Shown: positions 15,306 to 28,630, counted from the stretch's first letter. The stretch is 64,000 nucleotides of DNA from Thalia democratica (GCA_965202585.1 OZ241829.1:74028001-74092000); one strand, 5' to 3'. Translations and numbers: made by a program. The notes: a model not told the origin generated them from the letters alone.

Positions 15306-15557
15306 CTGATTGTTTTTTTAATATAATGTCTGAAACTTACTAGTTAGCAAAATCAAGTTTATATTAATAACGGATAAAACAGTTTGGTTACAGGATTAAT
15401 AGGAAAAAGTTTGAAAGGATTTTAAAACTTTAAATTTTGCTAACAGCATTTCTTAAAAAGAATTTCTTTAAACTAGCTTTGGAAAACAGTAGCAAAAATA
15501 AAAGATATGTAACACATTTAACCACTTTTTTCCAGTACATTGCTTAAAGAAGTATTT

Positions 15558-15578
15558 ATTATTATTATTATTATTATT
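15558..15578. repeat. (ATT)7 microsatellite at the edge of a non-array insert
   Basis: ATTATTATT... directly read; array homology (cf. 25370-25380) breaks here. Confidence 0.9.
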
Positions 15579-15817
15579 GTAAGTTTATTGTCATACGAAG
15601 GACCCAGGCATCAAAACCTAGGCCACTTATACAGAAAGACATACAACAAAAAGACAAAAATAAACCAAAATTGTACATTAAAAATGAAAAAAAAAAAACT
15701 GAGTTTAACTAATTAAAGTTTAAAAATTAACATAAAAACACCAAAAATTATAACACAAAATTTATAATTTTGGTGCTTCCGAAAAGAGAACAACAATATC
15801 CTACTTCAACTTCACCC

Positions 15818-15997
15818 GAACAGATGGTTTCACTCCAAAACTGGTTTCACTTTCATTCAAACGACTGGCTTCACATTATTTGAACAACTGGTTCAGCTTT
15901 CATTTGAGTAACCGGCTTAACTTTTATCCATACAACTTGTTTCACTTTAATTCGTATAACTAGAACCGCTTTTATATGAACAACGTTTTTCATTTTT
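15818..15997. repeat. Degenerate 24-bp minisatellite (~7 units)
   Basis: Units such as AACTGGTTTCACTTTCATTCAAAC, AACTGGTTCAGCTTTCATTTGAGT, AACTTGTTTCACTTTAATTCGTAT. Confidence 0.8.
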
Positions 15998-16143
15998 CTT
16001 AGGAGAGCCTGCTTCATATTTACTTTCAAATCATTTAACACAATAGCTGTTGCAGTAAGTTATATATTGTAGATATCAATCAAATCAGTCTTTCTAATGC
16101 ACTTTATTGGTAAAACAAAATGAAACTTAAGTACATTTTAAAC

Positions 16144-17158
16144 CAGGCATCGGCAGCATTTTATAAGTCAACTTTTCTTAGAAAACATTTGTTGTGGGCT
16201 GCACTTTGTAGAAAAAGAGTTCCGCAGTCAACATTTATGCCAAATAGTTGTAATCAATATAAACATGTTGAATTAAACAAGCAAGAATAAAGCACTAGAA
16301 ATTTATTTTTAAAATAAGATACTAATTGTAAACTAATATCATACAAACATTTTATCGTTTAATAATGTTTATATACTTTATTAATCGGAATCTTTAAAAA
16401 AAAGTAACAAATTACAAATTGGTTGTTTCTATTACCGAAGGCAAAAATATTTTATTTGTTTTTTTAAAATGTAATATTTTAGCCATTAAAATAAAATTTT
16501 TGAAGGTAGCCTGCCATTATTGTTGTAGAGATTAGACAGCTATTTTCTAAACCGGATTCTATTTGATTAAGAATTTAAAATGTTTATATAATTAACCAAA
16601 GATTTTTGTGTGTTTTTTGGTTCTGTAAAAGAATTGAGACAGTTTTTTAAACCAATTTAATACTTATGCTGTTGTTACGTGATTTTTATTTTTCATTTAG
16701 AAATGTTATGCTATTTGTAATATTGCTTTTTTTGAACAAATGCCCTGCTGAAAATGCGCTAAGTGCTATATTAGCTTTTCAAGGCAGACATTTGTTCTTT
16801 TACACCAAATATACAAATATAATTACTTCTAATATCAAGTAAATTTTAAAATAGAGATGCTCTCTTCAAAGAACTGTAGTTGTCGGTATATTGTAATAGA
16901 ATACTACGTTTTTTCTAACAACCTGTTATATAGAATAGATTTTCAGTCAGTTTATCTAATATATAGTAAAATAATATTTTATTTATACTATATATGAAAC
17001 TAAAATAAAACCAAAAGCATTGTTACAATTTATATGTATATAATATAAATGATGGTAACAATAAATTTGCTAAATTTAAAACATATTAATAATTTTTTTC
17101 TATAGCTATAAGTATATTAGTAGTAGTAGAAATTTCGCTTTGTGTGCTTTAGACTCTG
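16144..17158 (+). mobile_element. Old hAT-like non-autonomous element amplified with the array (copy 1)
   Basis: Left end CAGGCATCGGCAGC after TTTTAAAC; right end degenerate AGACTCTG before TTAAAAG; ~1015 bp; no ORF. Confidence 0.45.
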
Positions 17159-17679
17159 TTAAAAGAAAAGCATTTTAAAATTTTATTATACAAAACACAA
17201 AAAGCTCCATTAGTGTAAAAAGTGGTTTTTAAGCTTACAAAGCTAAAAATTTTATTTAACTTTTCAAAAAATTTGTTTACAAAATCCTTCAGGAAAATTT
17301 CAAGATAAAGAAAATTGATCATTTTAGGAAATTAATCACTTACTTTAGTCATACTTAACAAATCACAAACACTTTGTTTTGCTATTAGTACATAAACATT
17401 TAATATTCTTTAATAAAAAATATTCTATTTTCAGAGCAATTTTTAGCTACAAACATGTAGCTTTAACTTTAAAGTAATTTTACAAAGTTGATATAAAACA
17501 ATATTCACTTACAAAAACTTTAAGTTAGTTGTTTTAAAGAATTTTAAGTATTAGTTTATAAGTTTACTCCTTAGTAATTTTAAAATAGTGTATTAGCAAG
17601 CGAATAAAAATACTTCTTGAAATAATAAAAAACACAATAGATCTCTAATATTGTTGTAATAAAACCTTTTTGAGTAAAA

Positions 17680-20600
17680 CAAAATACTGACCTTTAGATT
17701 CTCATTATATGCATTAAATCACTTACTTATGAAATAATCAGTAGCCCACAAACTCTTCTTTCTGTAACTAGCTAATAAATTTACTAGAGTTTAAAGTACA
17801 AATCTTTGTAGTTCAAAAACTTTGTAGCTATTTACATGTAGCTTTTAATATTTCTTAATACTTAATACCGAAGTAAAGCAGCCCTAAATTAGATCAGCAT
17901 GATTGCTTTTATTTAATAAGCTATTTATTTTTTATATTTAGTTATGTTCTTTCATGCACCAGTTCCTTAGACCAAAAGTTCTGAACGCTTTTCTTTTATT
18001 TATCATTAAACAATGTTTTTATTGTAAGTAAAAACATGCTGGAACTCTAAATAATTACATACTTTGCTAAATCAAAACATAGTTAAGGTTAAAAATCAAA
18101 ATTTATTACTTTGAATTTTTTCAATAGCTCTTTTTATGAATTTATTTACTTACTTAAGAATTCCAATAGCCCATAAACATTAGTTTTCGTAACTAGTATA
18201 AATATTTCTAAGAGTTTGAATAACAACTTATATTCCCATTTTGCTTGTACTAAAATGTAGCTTTCTTAATATTTTTTTACTTCTTAGTTTTCAGCAATAA
18301 AGCAATGCTAAATTTCAATAGCTTTAAACTTATTGTTTTTTTTTATTAGTTATAAATTAAGTTGCAAGTTTATTTGTCACCTATCTCAATTTGGTATTGA
18401 AGACGGCGATTACAAGTTGGTTCAAGAATTAATAAAAAACTTAATGTATTTCCAGTGTGGGCAGTTTGGAAATACTTTAAAACTTAAAATGTTGTTAATA
18501 CTACTTAAATATCAACTGACTAAAGGAAAACGCATAGTAAAATTTAGAACTAAAAGTTAGTTAAAAGTTTCCAAAAGTTTTGTTTGATAGCTTAAACATA
18601 TAGGTTTATTTTCTGGTTTAATTTTCAGATATTAATATCTACAACTTGGTACATTTAATTACAATATTTAATACTAAGTCAAATTAGCGTTTAAACATTT
18701 TAACAATCTGTTTAAAAAAAAGACAAAAAATTGTATATATAAATTAGAACACTAAACCTTAACTTTAATATCTCAAATGTTTTTTTTTTTTTATTCTTAA
18801 AAGTAAACAAAAATCAAACTCAACTTTTATTTTCAATAGCCAATAAACTCTTGTTTTCGTAGCTAGATTAAGTATCACAGCACACGAACTGATTAAAAAA
18901 CTTTTTATTATGACTATTTTATAAGAACTTTCTGTTTATTTGTATTATTGTATTGTATTGTGCTTAGTCCAGCCATAAGATCGTGCAAGAAGCATATAAC
19001 AATATAAGACTCTGAGTTACTAGTAAGACCTATTTTTGTACTTAAGATTGCAAAATTCAGAAATTTTAAGAACATTATTAAGAACATTTTAATTTGTAAA
19101 ATTTGGTGTTTACTTGTTGTTTTTATATTCGCATCTTTATTCTACTGATAAATTGCCTACTTTGTCATTCCACTTTCTATTGATATCACATATTCAATAA
19201 ACTAACTTCATTAAGAAATTATTTATTTTAACTATACTACATACTTATTAATTATTAAGTTAAACCTAATGAGTAAAATAAGTTCAGTAAAAGCCTTAAA
19301 AGCTAAATGCACTAAGCGCTTAGCACAACCAAGGGGCTTTCCTCCAATTAAAGTTAGTTCCTACCACAGGCCCTGAGGACTACATTTAAAGCAAAACCAT
19401 TTTAAATTTAGAAACACTAAATTCCTAAAGGTTGGTCAGTGTACAAAGTTGGTTTTAAACTTACAAAGCGAAAAATATGGTCTATTTCTTCAGAAACTTT
19501 CTTACAAACCTCTTAGAAAAATTGCCAGATAAAAAAGATAGATTGTTAAAACAATAATCACTTACTTGTGTCATATTTAACAACTCACAAACAACTGGTT
19601 TTGTTATTAGTACATGAACTTTTTAAATTTTGATACAACGACAAAAAGCATTTAGAACAATTTGTAGCTACAAGTATGTAGTTTTCACCATTAACTAATT
19701 TTTTTCAATATTGAAATGAAGCAATATTTATTTACAACGACTTTAAGTTTATTTATACGAATTATTAAAAATATTAAGTGTCGAGTTGCAAATTTACGCA
19801 TTAGTAATTTATAGATAAAAAATAAACAAGCAAGAACATTTTCTTTTTAAAGTAATAGAAACGCAATGTATCTCTATTATTGGTAATTAAGTAGCTTTTC
19901 AAAAGCTTAAACGTTAGCGATAAATTTAAAAACACTGTTCACATACTTTATTACAATAAACAGTTGATAAAGTGAAAAAAAGAAATAGCTCAAAATACGA
20001 GTAACTTAAACGTTTTTTGTAAATAAAATTGTCTAATGGGTAGAAAAATTATAATTTTTTTTTTAAGAAGTGTTCACAGACTTAAAAAAAAATAAAATTA
20101 GCTTCTTTAAGAAAACTTAAACTCTAAAAAACATGCTCTATAAGATACTTTATCTTAAACAAGGTTATATTTTACTATTCTAGTTTTTATTGCGGAACTT
20201 AATACCAGAACAATTAAAATTTATATGCTGTGTAATTACAAACTAGTTTATAACAACTATAAAAATTGTTAATTTTTATTTTTTATTCTAAACTAAATAT
20301 GATTTATGGTTCTCTTGCGCACACTCTTCTAAAGTACGAACTTCCAAGGCAAACTTTGAGTTCAATTATATTTTAAATTAAGTTGGTGCTTTTCGCATTT
20401 CATGTTGATTTGGAATGTGTTCATAAATGATCATTTTAGAAGAAATTTTTTGTAACTAGACTAAAATGCTTATAATTCATACTAATGTAAAGTTAAATTA
20501 AAAACGATAATATAAGATTTACTAAGAGTTGTGTTCAATAATTTATACCTTATTAGTGCTTTAAACTAAGCTGAAAAGTTTTGTCTAAAACAAAAGTTAT

Positions 20601-22800
20601 CGTAGTTGGCGCAAGGTAGTTTTAGGGTTTTTTGATTTGTTAGAGCTATAATATCTTTAAATCTAATATCAACGTTTAAGTAAATAATATTTAGAAACTA
20701 CCGTAACATAATAGTATTTTGTTGCTTTTTTTAAAGTTTAAAACATCTTTTTTAATAAACTTATTGAGTATCTTTATCAAAGTTTGTTTATTTTTTGTTA
20801 TAGAAATTCATTTAACAAATTAATTTTAATCACTTTACAATGAGAGTTCATCAGTTTATTACAAGACTGTAGAGTTGGTTTAGCATAGAATTTCTTTAAT
20901 ACTTTAAACATTATCAGCTAATTCATATTTAATGCAAAAACAAATAAATAAAACACTCTCTCAAGTTTTTCTGTGATAGTTTATACGTATTACACTACTT
21001 TTCGTCAGAACTTAACAGTAGAAGAAATTAAAAAGTATGAATAAGTTTTTAAACAAAAACACAAAAAGTTCTACTGTTAAGTTCTGACGAAAAGTAGTGT
21101 AATACGTATAAACTATCACAGAAAAACTTGAGAGAGTGTTTTATTTATTTGTATTTGCATTAAATATGAATTAGCTGATAATGTTTGAAGTATTAAAGAA
21201 TTTCTATGCTAAACTAACTCTACAGTCTTGTAATAAACTGTAAAATCTCATTGTAAAGTGATTAAAACTAATTTGTTAAATGAATTCCTGTTGCAGTTTC
21301 TGAACATATTTTTTGTTAAGTAAAAAATAAAAATACATGAAATATGCATTTTTGCGTGTTTTCTTACTGATATACTAGTAAAATTTTCAATATAAAAGTG
21401 TTTTTAGAAATAAGCAAAGAAGTATGTTTTATTTTTTAAAATCCTCGTGCACCAAAATCTAACAGAACATTTTCCATGTATGAGGTCTTTTGTTATAAAG
21501 GAAACAATCTGAAAATAGTTAGTTAAAGTATTTTTCCAAACCCCTTATGAACCTATCTTTAAAATTTTAATTAGATAATTTAGTAAAAAGAGTAATATTT
21601 ATTGAAACCCTTTGTTTTATATCTACTAAACATCACAAGCTATTACAAAATAAAATTAACTATAATACTGACATTTAGCTACTCTGTGCATTAAATAACT
21701 TGCTTATGTGATTATCATTAGCCCAAAAACTCTTGTTTTTGTAAATAGGTAAAAAATTTTAAGAATTTTCAAACATGATTAATTGCTCTTTCACGATTTT
21801 GTGGATACTTACATGTAGCTTATAATTTTTATTATTTTCTTACTACAGTTGTAAAGCAGCCCTATATTAGAACATCATGGTCGTTTAATTTTTATCAAGT
21901 TTAATTTTTGTTTTATTTTTGTAATTCTGAGACGTTCTTTCGTGCACTAGGTCCTTAGACCAAAAGTTAAAAGCGCTTTTCTTTTGTCGTTCAATAAACA
22001 ATCTTTGTGTTAAAAATATATTTTGTTAAATAAAATCATAGTAAGGCTTAAAAATCAAAACAAAAAATCATTGAATATTTTTCAAAGCTTATTAAATAGA
22101 TTACCTACAAAATTTCCGATAGCTAACTTACATACCAAACTTTCATTAGCACATAAATTCTAGTTTTTGTAGCTAGATTGAATAGCTCTAAGAGTTTAAA
22201 AAACATATATATCCTTCATAGGTGATTTTGTGGCTACTAAATTGTAGCTTTTAATTTATATTTTATACTTGATACAGCAGTAAATGTACAATAAATTAAA
22301 CCAAGTGATTAATATTTCTAAATAAAGTTGCAAAGTTTACTCATTAGGAAGTTGTTATATTAAAATGGCTAAGAAAGTTAGTAATAATAGTCATAAAAAA
22401 ACATGACATCTCCATACTAATGCTTATTTAGGTTTTCGAACTATAAACATTGGTAACTTGCTTAAAATTTTTTTTGGTAAATTATTCTTGGAAAAAACTA
22501 GCATAACTAAAAGAATATATAACACTAAAAACTAATTTTTCCAGTACGAAGTATAAAATTTATTGCCAGGGCAACTTTCGTAATACGTTTTGTATTTTAG
22601 GTAGCTTTTAACCAATTTTTTGTAATGCATTATCTTAAAATGAAACTAAAAAGCATTTTAAACCAGACGTCGGCAGCATTTTATAAGTCAACCTTTTTTA
22701 CGAAACATTTGTTATGGGCTGCACTTTGTAGAAAAAAATGTTCCGCACCGCAGGCTACAGTTATGCAAAATAGTTGTAATCAATAAAAAAATAATGGATT
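17680..22800 (+). repeat. ~5 kb higher-order unit, paralogous to 37825-42560 and (proximal part) 57602-61262
   Basis: Collinear order of distinctive blocks, e.g. TTAAGTATCACAGCACACGAACTG, CCAGCCATAAGATCGTG, GTTCCTACCACAGGCCC, GGTTCTCTTGCGCACACTC, AAACTAAGCTGAAAAGTTT. Confidence 0.9.
20801..21306. mobile_element. Foldback insertion: ~219-bp inverted arms with 45-nt spacer
   Basis: 20805-21023 is a near-perfect reverse complement of 21069-21286; flanked by direct repeat TATTTTTTGTTA (20789-20800, 21307-21318); absent from paralogous sites near 41070 and 44050. Confidence 0.88.
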
Positions 22801-24097
22801 AAACAAGCAATTTGGTGCAACAATAAAACTATGCATTTAAAAATTTCTTAGGTCGATAACTGAACAAAACTGTTCACTTAATAAAGCAGAAACCATGGTT
22901 TAATTCTTCAAAAGCTTTCTAACAAAACCTTTCAGCAAAAATGCCAGTTTAGAAAAATTGATTGTTATTTGTAATTAATAAATTACTTAAATCTGTTCAC
23001 AAACACTTAGGTTTATTATTAGTTCATAAACTTTTAATATTTTTAAACAAAAAATATGACTTTTAGAGCAACTTGTAGCTACAAGTATATTGCTTTCACT
23101 ATTAATTAATTTTTCAAATTGATACCAAGCAATAGTTACTTACAAAGACTTTAAGTTTAGTTGTTGTAAATAACTCAAAATGTCAAGTTGTAAATTTACT
23201 CTTAGTAATTCCAAGGTAGTGTATAACCAAGCGTAAACAAACTTATTCTTGAAACAATAAAAAACGTAATGTAACTCTAATATTGTTGTAATAAAAACTT
23301 TTTGAATAAAAAAAAATACTGACCTCAAGCTTAATATTATATGTATTAAGTCACTTACTTATGTGATAATCAGTAACTCCAAACTCTAGTTTTTGTAATT
23401 AGTATAAATATTTCTAAAGGTTTGAAACGAAATACTCTGATCATTTTCAAAATCACCTATTTGGTTGTACTTTAAAAATGTAGATTTACTATCTCTTTTT
23501 TGTATGTATTTAGTTGTTGCCTTTTATATAAAGCAAATAAGTTTGAACTTATTAATAATTTCTTCACAACTTTTATTTATTTTTTATCTCTAAGTGCTAA
23601 AAATAAGTTTATATCGTTTTTGTTTTTTTTTTTAAGTATGTCCTGTTTAAATGGCTCAGGTATGGATGCCTGAGTTCAACATTGCACAATAAACAAATGA
23701 ATAATAACAAAGTTGTAGCATAACTACTATTAAAAATACTTAGTTTGATCAAAATCGTTTATTTGAAATTTACAATTTAATAAATTAGTTTTAAATCTAA
23801 AACTTGATACACGGTAAAGTTTTAAGATTCTAATAATGCTAAGCGATATGTTTGATATACATTAAACTTTCGCTTATTTACGCACATCGTGTACACAGAA
23901 AAAAGGCGTAAAGATACAAGACATCGTAAAGATACGAGAGGTACCAAATATACTTACTATAATGGTTGTTTATTGATAAAGCTTCTAGTTAAAAGCAAAC
24001 TGGGGACTTTCCCACTTTTAACAATTTGTTTTTATTTATAAATAATAATGTTGGTGAGCATTACAAAGAATTGAAGGCAACGTGCGAAAGGTTATCT

Positions 24098-24183
24098 TGG
24101 TGTCTGACTCGATAACCAAAAGGTCTTTTCGTAGACCAGGTCCTTTGACCAATATTTTGAGCGCTTTTTTTTGTTCAATAAAC
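24098..24183 (+). mobile_element. 5'-extended copy of the GGTCCTTAGACC block (putative retroposon 3' end)
   Basis: TGGTGTCTGACTCGATAACCAAAAGGTCTTTTCGTAGACCAGGTCCTTTGACC...GAGCGC...AATAAAC; 7-bp stem GGTTATC(24090)/GATAACC(24111). Confidence 0.55.
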
Positions 24184-24489
24184 ATTATATTGTAAAATAT
24201 ATAGAACTTATAATACTATTAGTAGAAGTTATCGGTTTAAGTATTTTTTAGGTCTTACATCAGATTATAGTTAAAAAGTTCATACTGCTATACAACATGT
24301 AACTATCATAAGAACTAAGTTGCAAAAAGAATTCAAAGTAGCAAACTTTTTTGAAAACAAACTAATGTAAAAGAATCATTAACTTGACAATAATTTTTAC
24401 GGTAGACTGCTTAATACGTGATTTTAAACAATAAAAAACTACTTTGAAAAACATACTATGGTAATTGTTATAAGTATAAAACCGGTTAT

Positions 24490-25115
24490 TTAAAGTTAAA
24501 ATTAATCTTTAGGTTTTCATTAAATTCATTAAGTCACTTACTTTTGTGATTATCAGTATCCTACAAGCTCTTGCTTTTGTGACTAGTTTAAATATTTCCG
24601 AGAGTTTAAAAATAAAAACAATGTATTATACAATTCAGCGATTTTGTAGCTACTTACATGTAGCTTATATTTTATTTACTTAATACGAGAGTAAAGGAAT
24701 GTTAATAAGAAAATAATAGTTTTTTATAATTATAATGTTTTTATCATATTGGTATGTCCGAGAGGTTCTTTCGTAAAACAGGTCCTTAGACCAAAAATTA
24801 TCTGACTTTTCTTTTGTCTATCAATAAACTATGTTAGTATTATAAATGAATAAACACATACTTAGTTGAATCAAACCGTAGTAAGAGTTATAAATTAAAA
24901 AAAAATAGTATGAATATTTTTTAAACGTTATTTAATGCACTAATTACTTACTAACGATATTTCTAACAACCCACAACTCTTATTTTCTAGATTTATTATT
25001 TTTAACAGTTTGAAACATAGATTCTTTCTGTTTACGCAATTTTGTAGCTACTTATATGTAACTTTTAATTTAAGTTAGTTAGTTAACACAGTAGTAAATC
25101 AGCGCTAAAATAAAA
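24490..25115 (+). repeat. Run of 2 monomers
   Basis: Motifs at ~24642 and ~25040. Confidence 0.85.
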
Positions 25116-26130
25116 CGGCCTGATTATTTTTTATTTTATTTTTGTATAATCTTAAAAATTTACTCGTTAGCAGAATCAAGCTTTTATTTGAAACGGCTAG
25201 CACAGTTTGGTTACAGGAGTTTTAGGTAAAAGTTTAAATGGGTTTTAAAACTTTAAATTTTGCAAACAGCATTTCTTAAAAATATTTTCTTTAAAATAGC
25301 TTTGGAAAACAGTAGCAAAAATAAACAAATATATTACACATTAAACAACGTTTTCCAGTACATTGCTTAAACAAATATTTACCACAACAACTTGATGACA
25401 AAAAATTTTGGATTAAACAAGCAAGAATAGGGCACTAAAAATTTGTTATTTAATTAAGAGACTAATTGTAAGCTACTATTAAACAAAATTTTTATTTTTT
25501 AATAATTTTTGTACTTTGTTTAATCGTAATCTTTAAACATAAAAAAACATAAATGTTTGTTTATATTACCGAAGGCAAATACAAACTATTTTGAAAATGA
25601 CGCCCTTCTAACAAATTACAGGTGCCGGTATATTTCAATTTATGACTACGTATTTTTTTAACAACTGTTTCACTACTCTGTTCATAAGAAAATATTCTCA
25701 GTCAGTTTATTAAATATTTAGTAAACTAGTACATTATTAACGTAAGATCTCCGTATCTGTCGTTTTTCGTTTTTGTATAAAAATTGAGACGGTTATTTAA
25801 AAAAAAAATTACTACTTGTGCAATTCTTACGTAATATTTAATTTTTATGAATTTTGTTATGCTACTTGTATAATTGCTTTTTTGAAAAGAATTCCCTGCT
25901 GAAAATGCCCTTAATGCTAAATTTCAATGCAAAAGTTTGTTCTATTACGGTAAACTTACATATATAATATAAAGCAAATGTTGAAATAAAGATTCTACAT
26001 CCAACAAACTGTAGGTGCTGGTATTTATTAATAGAATACTAAGAATAACGACTGTTTCATTATTCTGTTAAACAGAATAGATTCTCAGTTAATTTATTAA
26101 ATATATATTAAAGTAAAATGTTATTTAAAA

Positions 26131-26257
26131 TAACCATTGTCCTGGACATGACTTTAAACTGTATTCTGGTGTATGACTCAATAACCGAAAGGTTTTTTCG
26201 TACCCAATTCCTAGAACCAGATATTTGAGCGCCTTTTTTTAATTCAATAAACAACAA
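26131..26257 (+). mobile_element. Short insertion carrying the same putative retroposon 3' end
   Basis: TGGTGTATGACTCAATAACCGAAAGG...GAGCGCC...AATAAACAACAAC inserted between two blocks that are adjacent in other units (cf. ~255-280, ~44870-44890). Confidence 0.55.
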
Positions 26258-27094
26258 CATGAAACTAAGCTAAAACTTTAAGCATTGTTACATTTTACAT
26301 TTATATAATAAAAATAATGGTAACAGTAACTTTGATTAATTTAAAACAAATAAAATATAACTATAATTATATCAGTAATTGAAAAGTTTTCTTTGTGTGC
26401 TTGCTGACCCTGTTTAAAGCAAAACATTTTTAAACTTCTTAAATGTCGATTAGTATACAAAATTAGTATAAATATGATGTTGTAATTAAAGTATTATATT
26501 TTTAAGTTTTGTGATGTTTTAGATACTCTTCATGGTCAAACTTTAATATTGTGTTATAAGTTAGAAATTTAGTATGCTTATAATTTGTGGAAAAAGTTGA
26601 ATAAATTTTCTTTTTTCTGATATAAAAGTTTTATTATTTTTATTAACACTGATAACATATTAGTTAATCATAAGTCAAGGACATTACTATTTTTTTCTTA
26701 AACAAAAAATATTATACATGATAGCCAATACATCCATAATTACTTATTTTTTAAGAAGTATAAATAACTATCTAACGTATAAATTTTTCAAATAAACTTA
26801 ACAATTTCTAGAAAGAAATTATTTGTTTATGATAGACATTTTAAACTATATTTACACAATTTATAACACAACCATAAATTGTGTTTTATTAATTTCAGTG
26901 TAGTTTTATCAGTGTAAATTTTAATTGATTTTGATCTAAAAAATTTTATTTTTTTAAATATATATATTCCATAATAATTATAAAGTAGACTTCTAAAAAG
27001 GTAACTTAAATAAGGTTCGTTGAAAATTTGTATAAAAGAAATACTTTGTCAAAACATGTCACAGTAATGGCATAAAATATTTTATTTAGCATGA

Positions 27095-28630
27095 AAAAAT
27101 ACTAACATTAAGCTTTTCATTGTATGCATGAAGTCACTTGCTTATGAGATAATCAATAACCCACAAACTCTAGTTTTTGTAAATGATATATATATTTCTA
27201 AAAACTTAATCCAAAACTTTTTGTTAAAAATGCGATTTTGTGGCTACTTACACGTAGCTTTTTATTTAGAATAATTACTTAATATAGTAGTAAAGCAGCC
27301 CAAAGTTAGAACAGTTTGATTTTTTTAAACAGTTTAAATTATTGTATAATTTTGGTGCGTCCAAGAGGTTCTTTCGTGCACCAGGTCCTTAGATCAAACT
27401 TCCTAAGCGCTTTTTTTTTGTAGTTCAATAAACAGTGTTAATGTTAAAAATAAATACAAACTTTGTTTGGTCAAATCATAGTAAGGTTTAAAAATCAAAA
27501 ATTATATTTTGAAAGTTTTTGACGACCATTTTATAGATTAATTTGCATACTTACAAGATTTCGAGTAACCCACAAACTCTTGTTTTTGTAAATAGTATGA
27601 ATAATTCTAAGATTTCGAGAATATATTCTCTTTTGTTTCGCGATTTTGTGGCTACTTACATGTAGATTGCCCTATAGTAGAACATCATAGTTGCTTATTT
27701 TTTATTAGTTTTAGTTTTGTTTTACTTTGGTATGTCGGAGATGTTCTTACTTAGACTAAATATTCTTAGAACATTTTCTTTGTCCTTCAATAAACAATGT
27801 TAGAATTGTAAACAAATACATAATTTGCTAAATCAAATTATAGTAAGGGTTGAAAATCTAAAAATATTATTTTGAATATTTTTCAAAACTCGTTTTATGG
27901 ATTTATTTACTTACTTACGAAATTTCCAAATAGCTCATAAACTCTTGTTTTTGTAGCTAGATTAAATAGATTACAAGAGCTTCAAACACAGCGTCATTTT
28001 CATTGGTGATTTTGTGGCTACCTACATGTAGCTTTACTAATTGTTGTTTTTTCCTAATACAGTAGTGAAGCAGCTGTAAAAAACAGCAGTGTGATAATTT
28101 TTTTTTATAAAGTCGGAAATTTAATTGTTTGCAAAATCAAGTTTGTATTAAAAACGATTAAAGAGTTTGATTAAAGAAGTAAAAAGAAAAGTGTTTAATG
28201 ATTAAGAATAATAATAAATAAAAAAATGTGTACGACTTAGAAAATTTAACTTTCAATTAATTAACAAGGTCTTTATATTTATTTTTTCGTGCACCAGGTC
28301 TTTAGAGCAATGTTTCTAAGCAATTTTCTTTTGTCAATCAATAAATATTTTTCTATTATAAATAAATAAATACCTTGTTAAATAAAGCTATAGTAAGAGT
28401 TAAAAATCAAAAAATATCAGCTTGAATGTTTTTTAAAGCTCGTTTTATGGATTTATTTACTTACTTACGAAACTCTCATAAACTTATTTTTTCGCAGCTT
28501 TTTTAAATATTTCTAAGAGTTTAAAACATATCTTATTGGGCTTTTTTGACTTATGGCTACTTACATGTAGCTTTTAATGCTTCTTATTTACTTAATACAG
28601 TAGTAAAGCAGCAATAAGTTACAACAGCGT
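27095..28630 (+). repeat. Run of 4 monomers
   Basis: Motifs at ~27238, 27645, 28012, 28552. Confidence 0.88.

Noticed and set aside
21084-21125. Hammerhead at CTGACGA...GAAA in the foldback right arm
   Set aside because: Stem II does not close next to GAAA and there is no stem III or NUH site; it is only a local hairpin.
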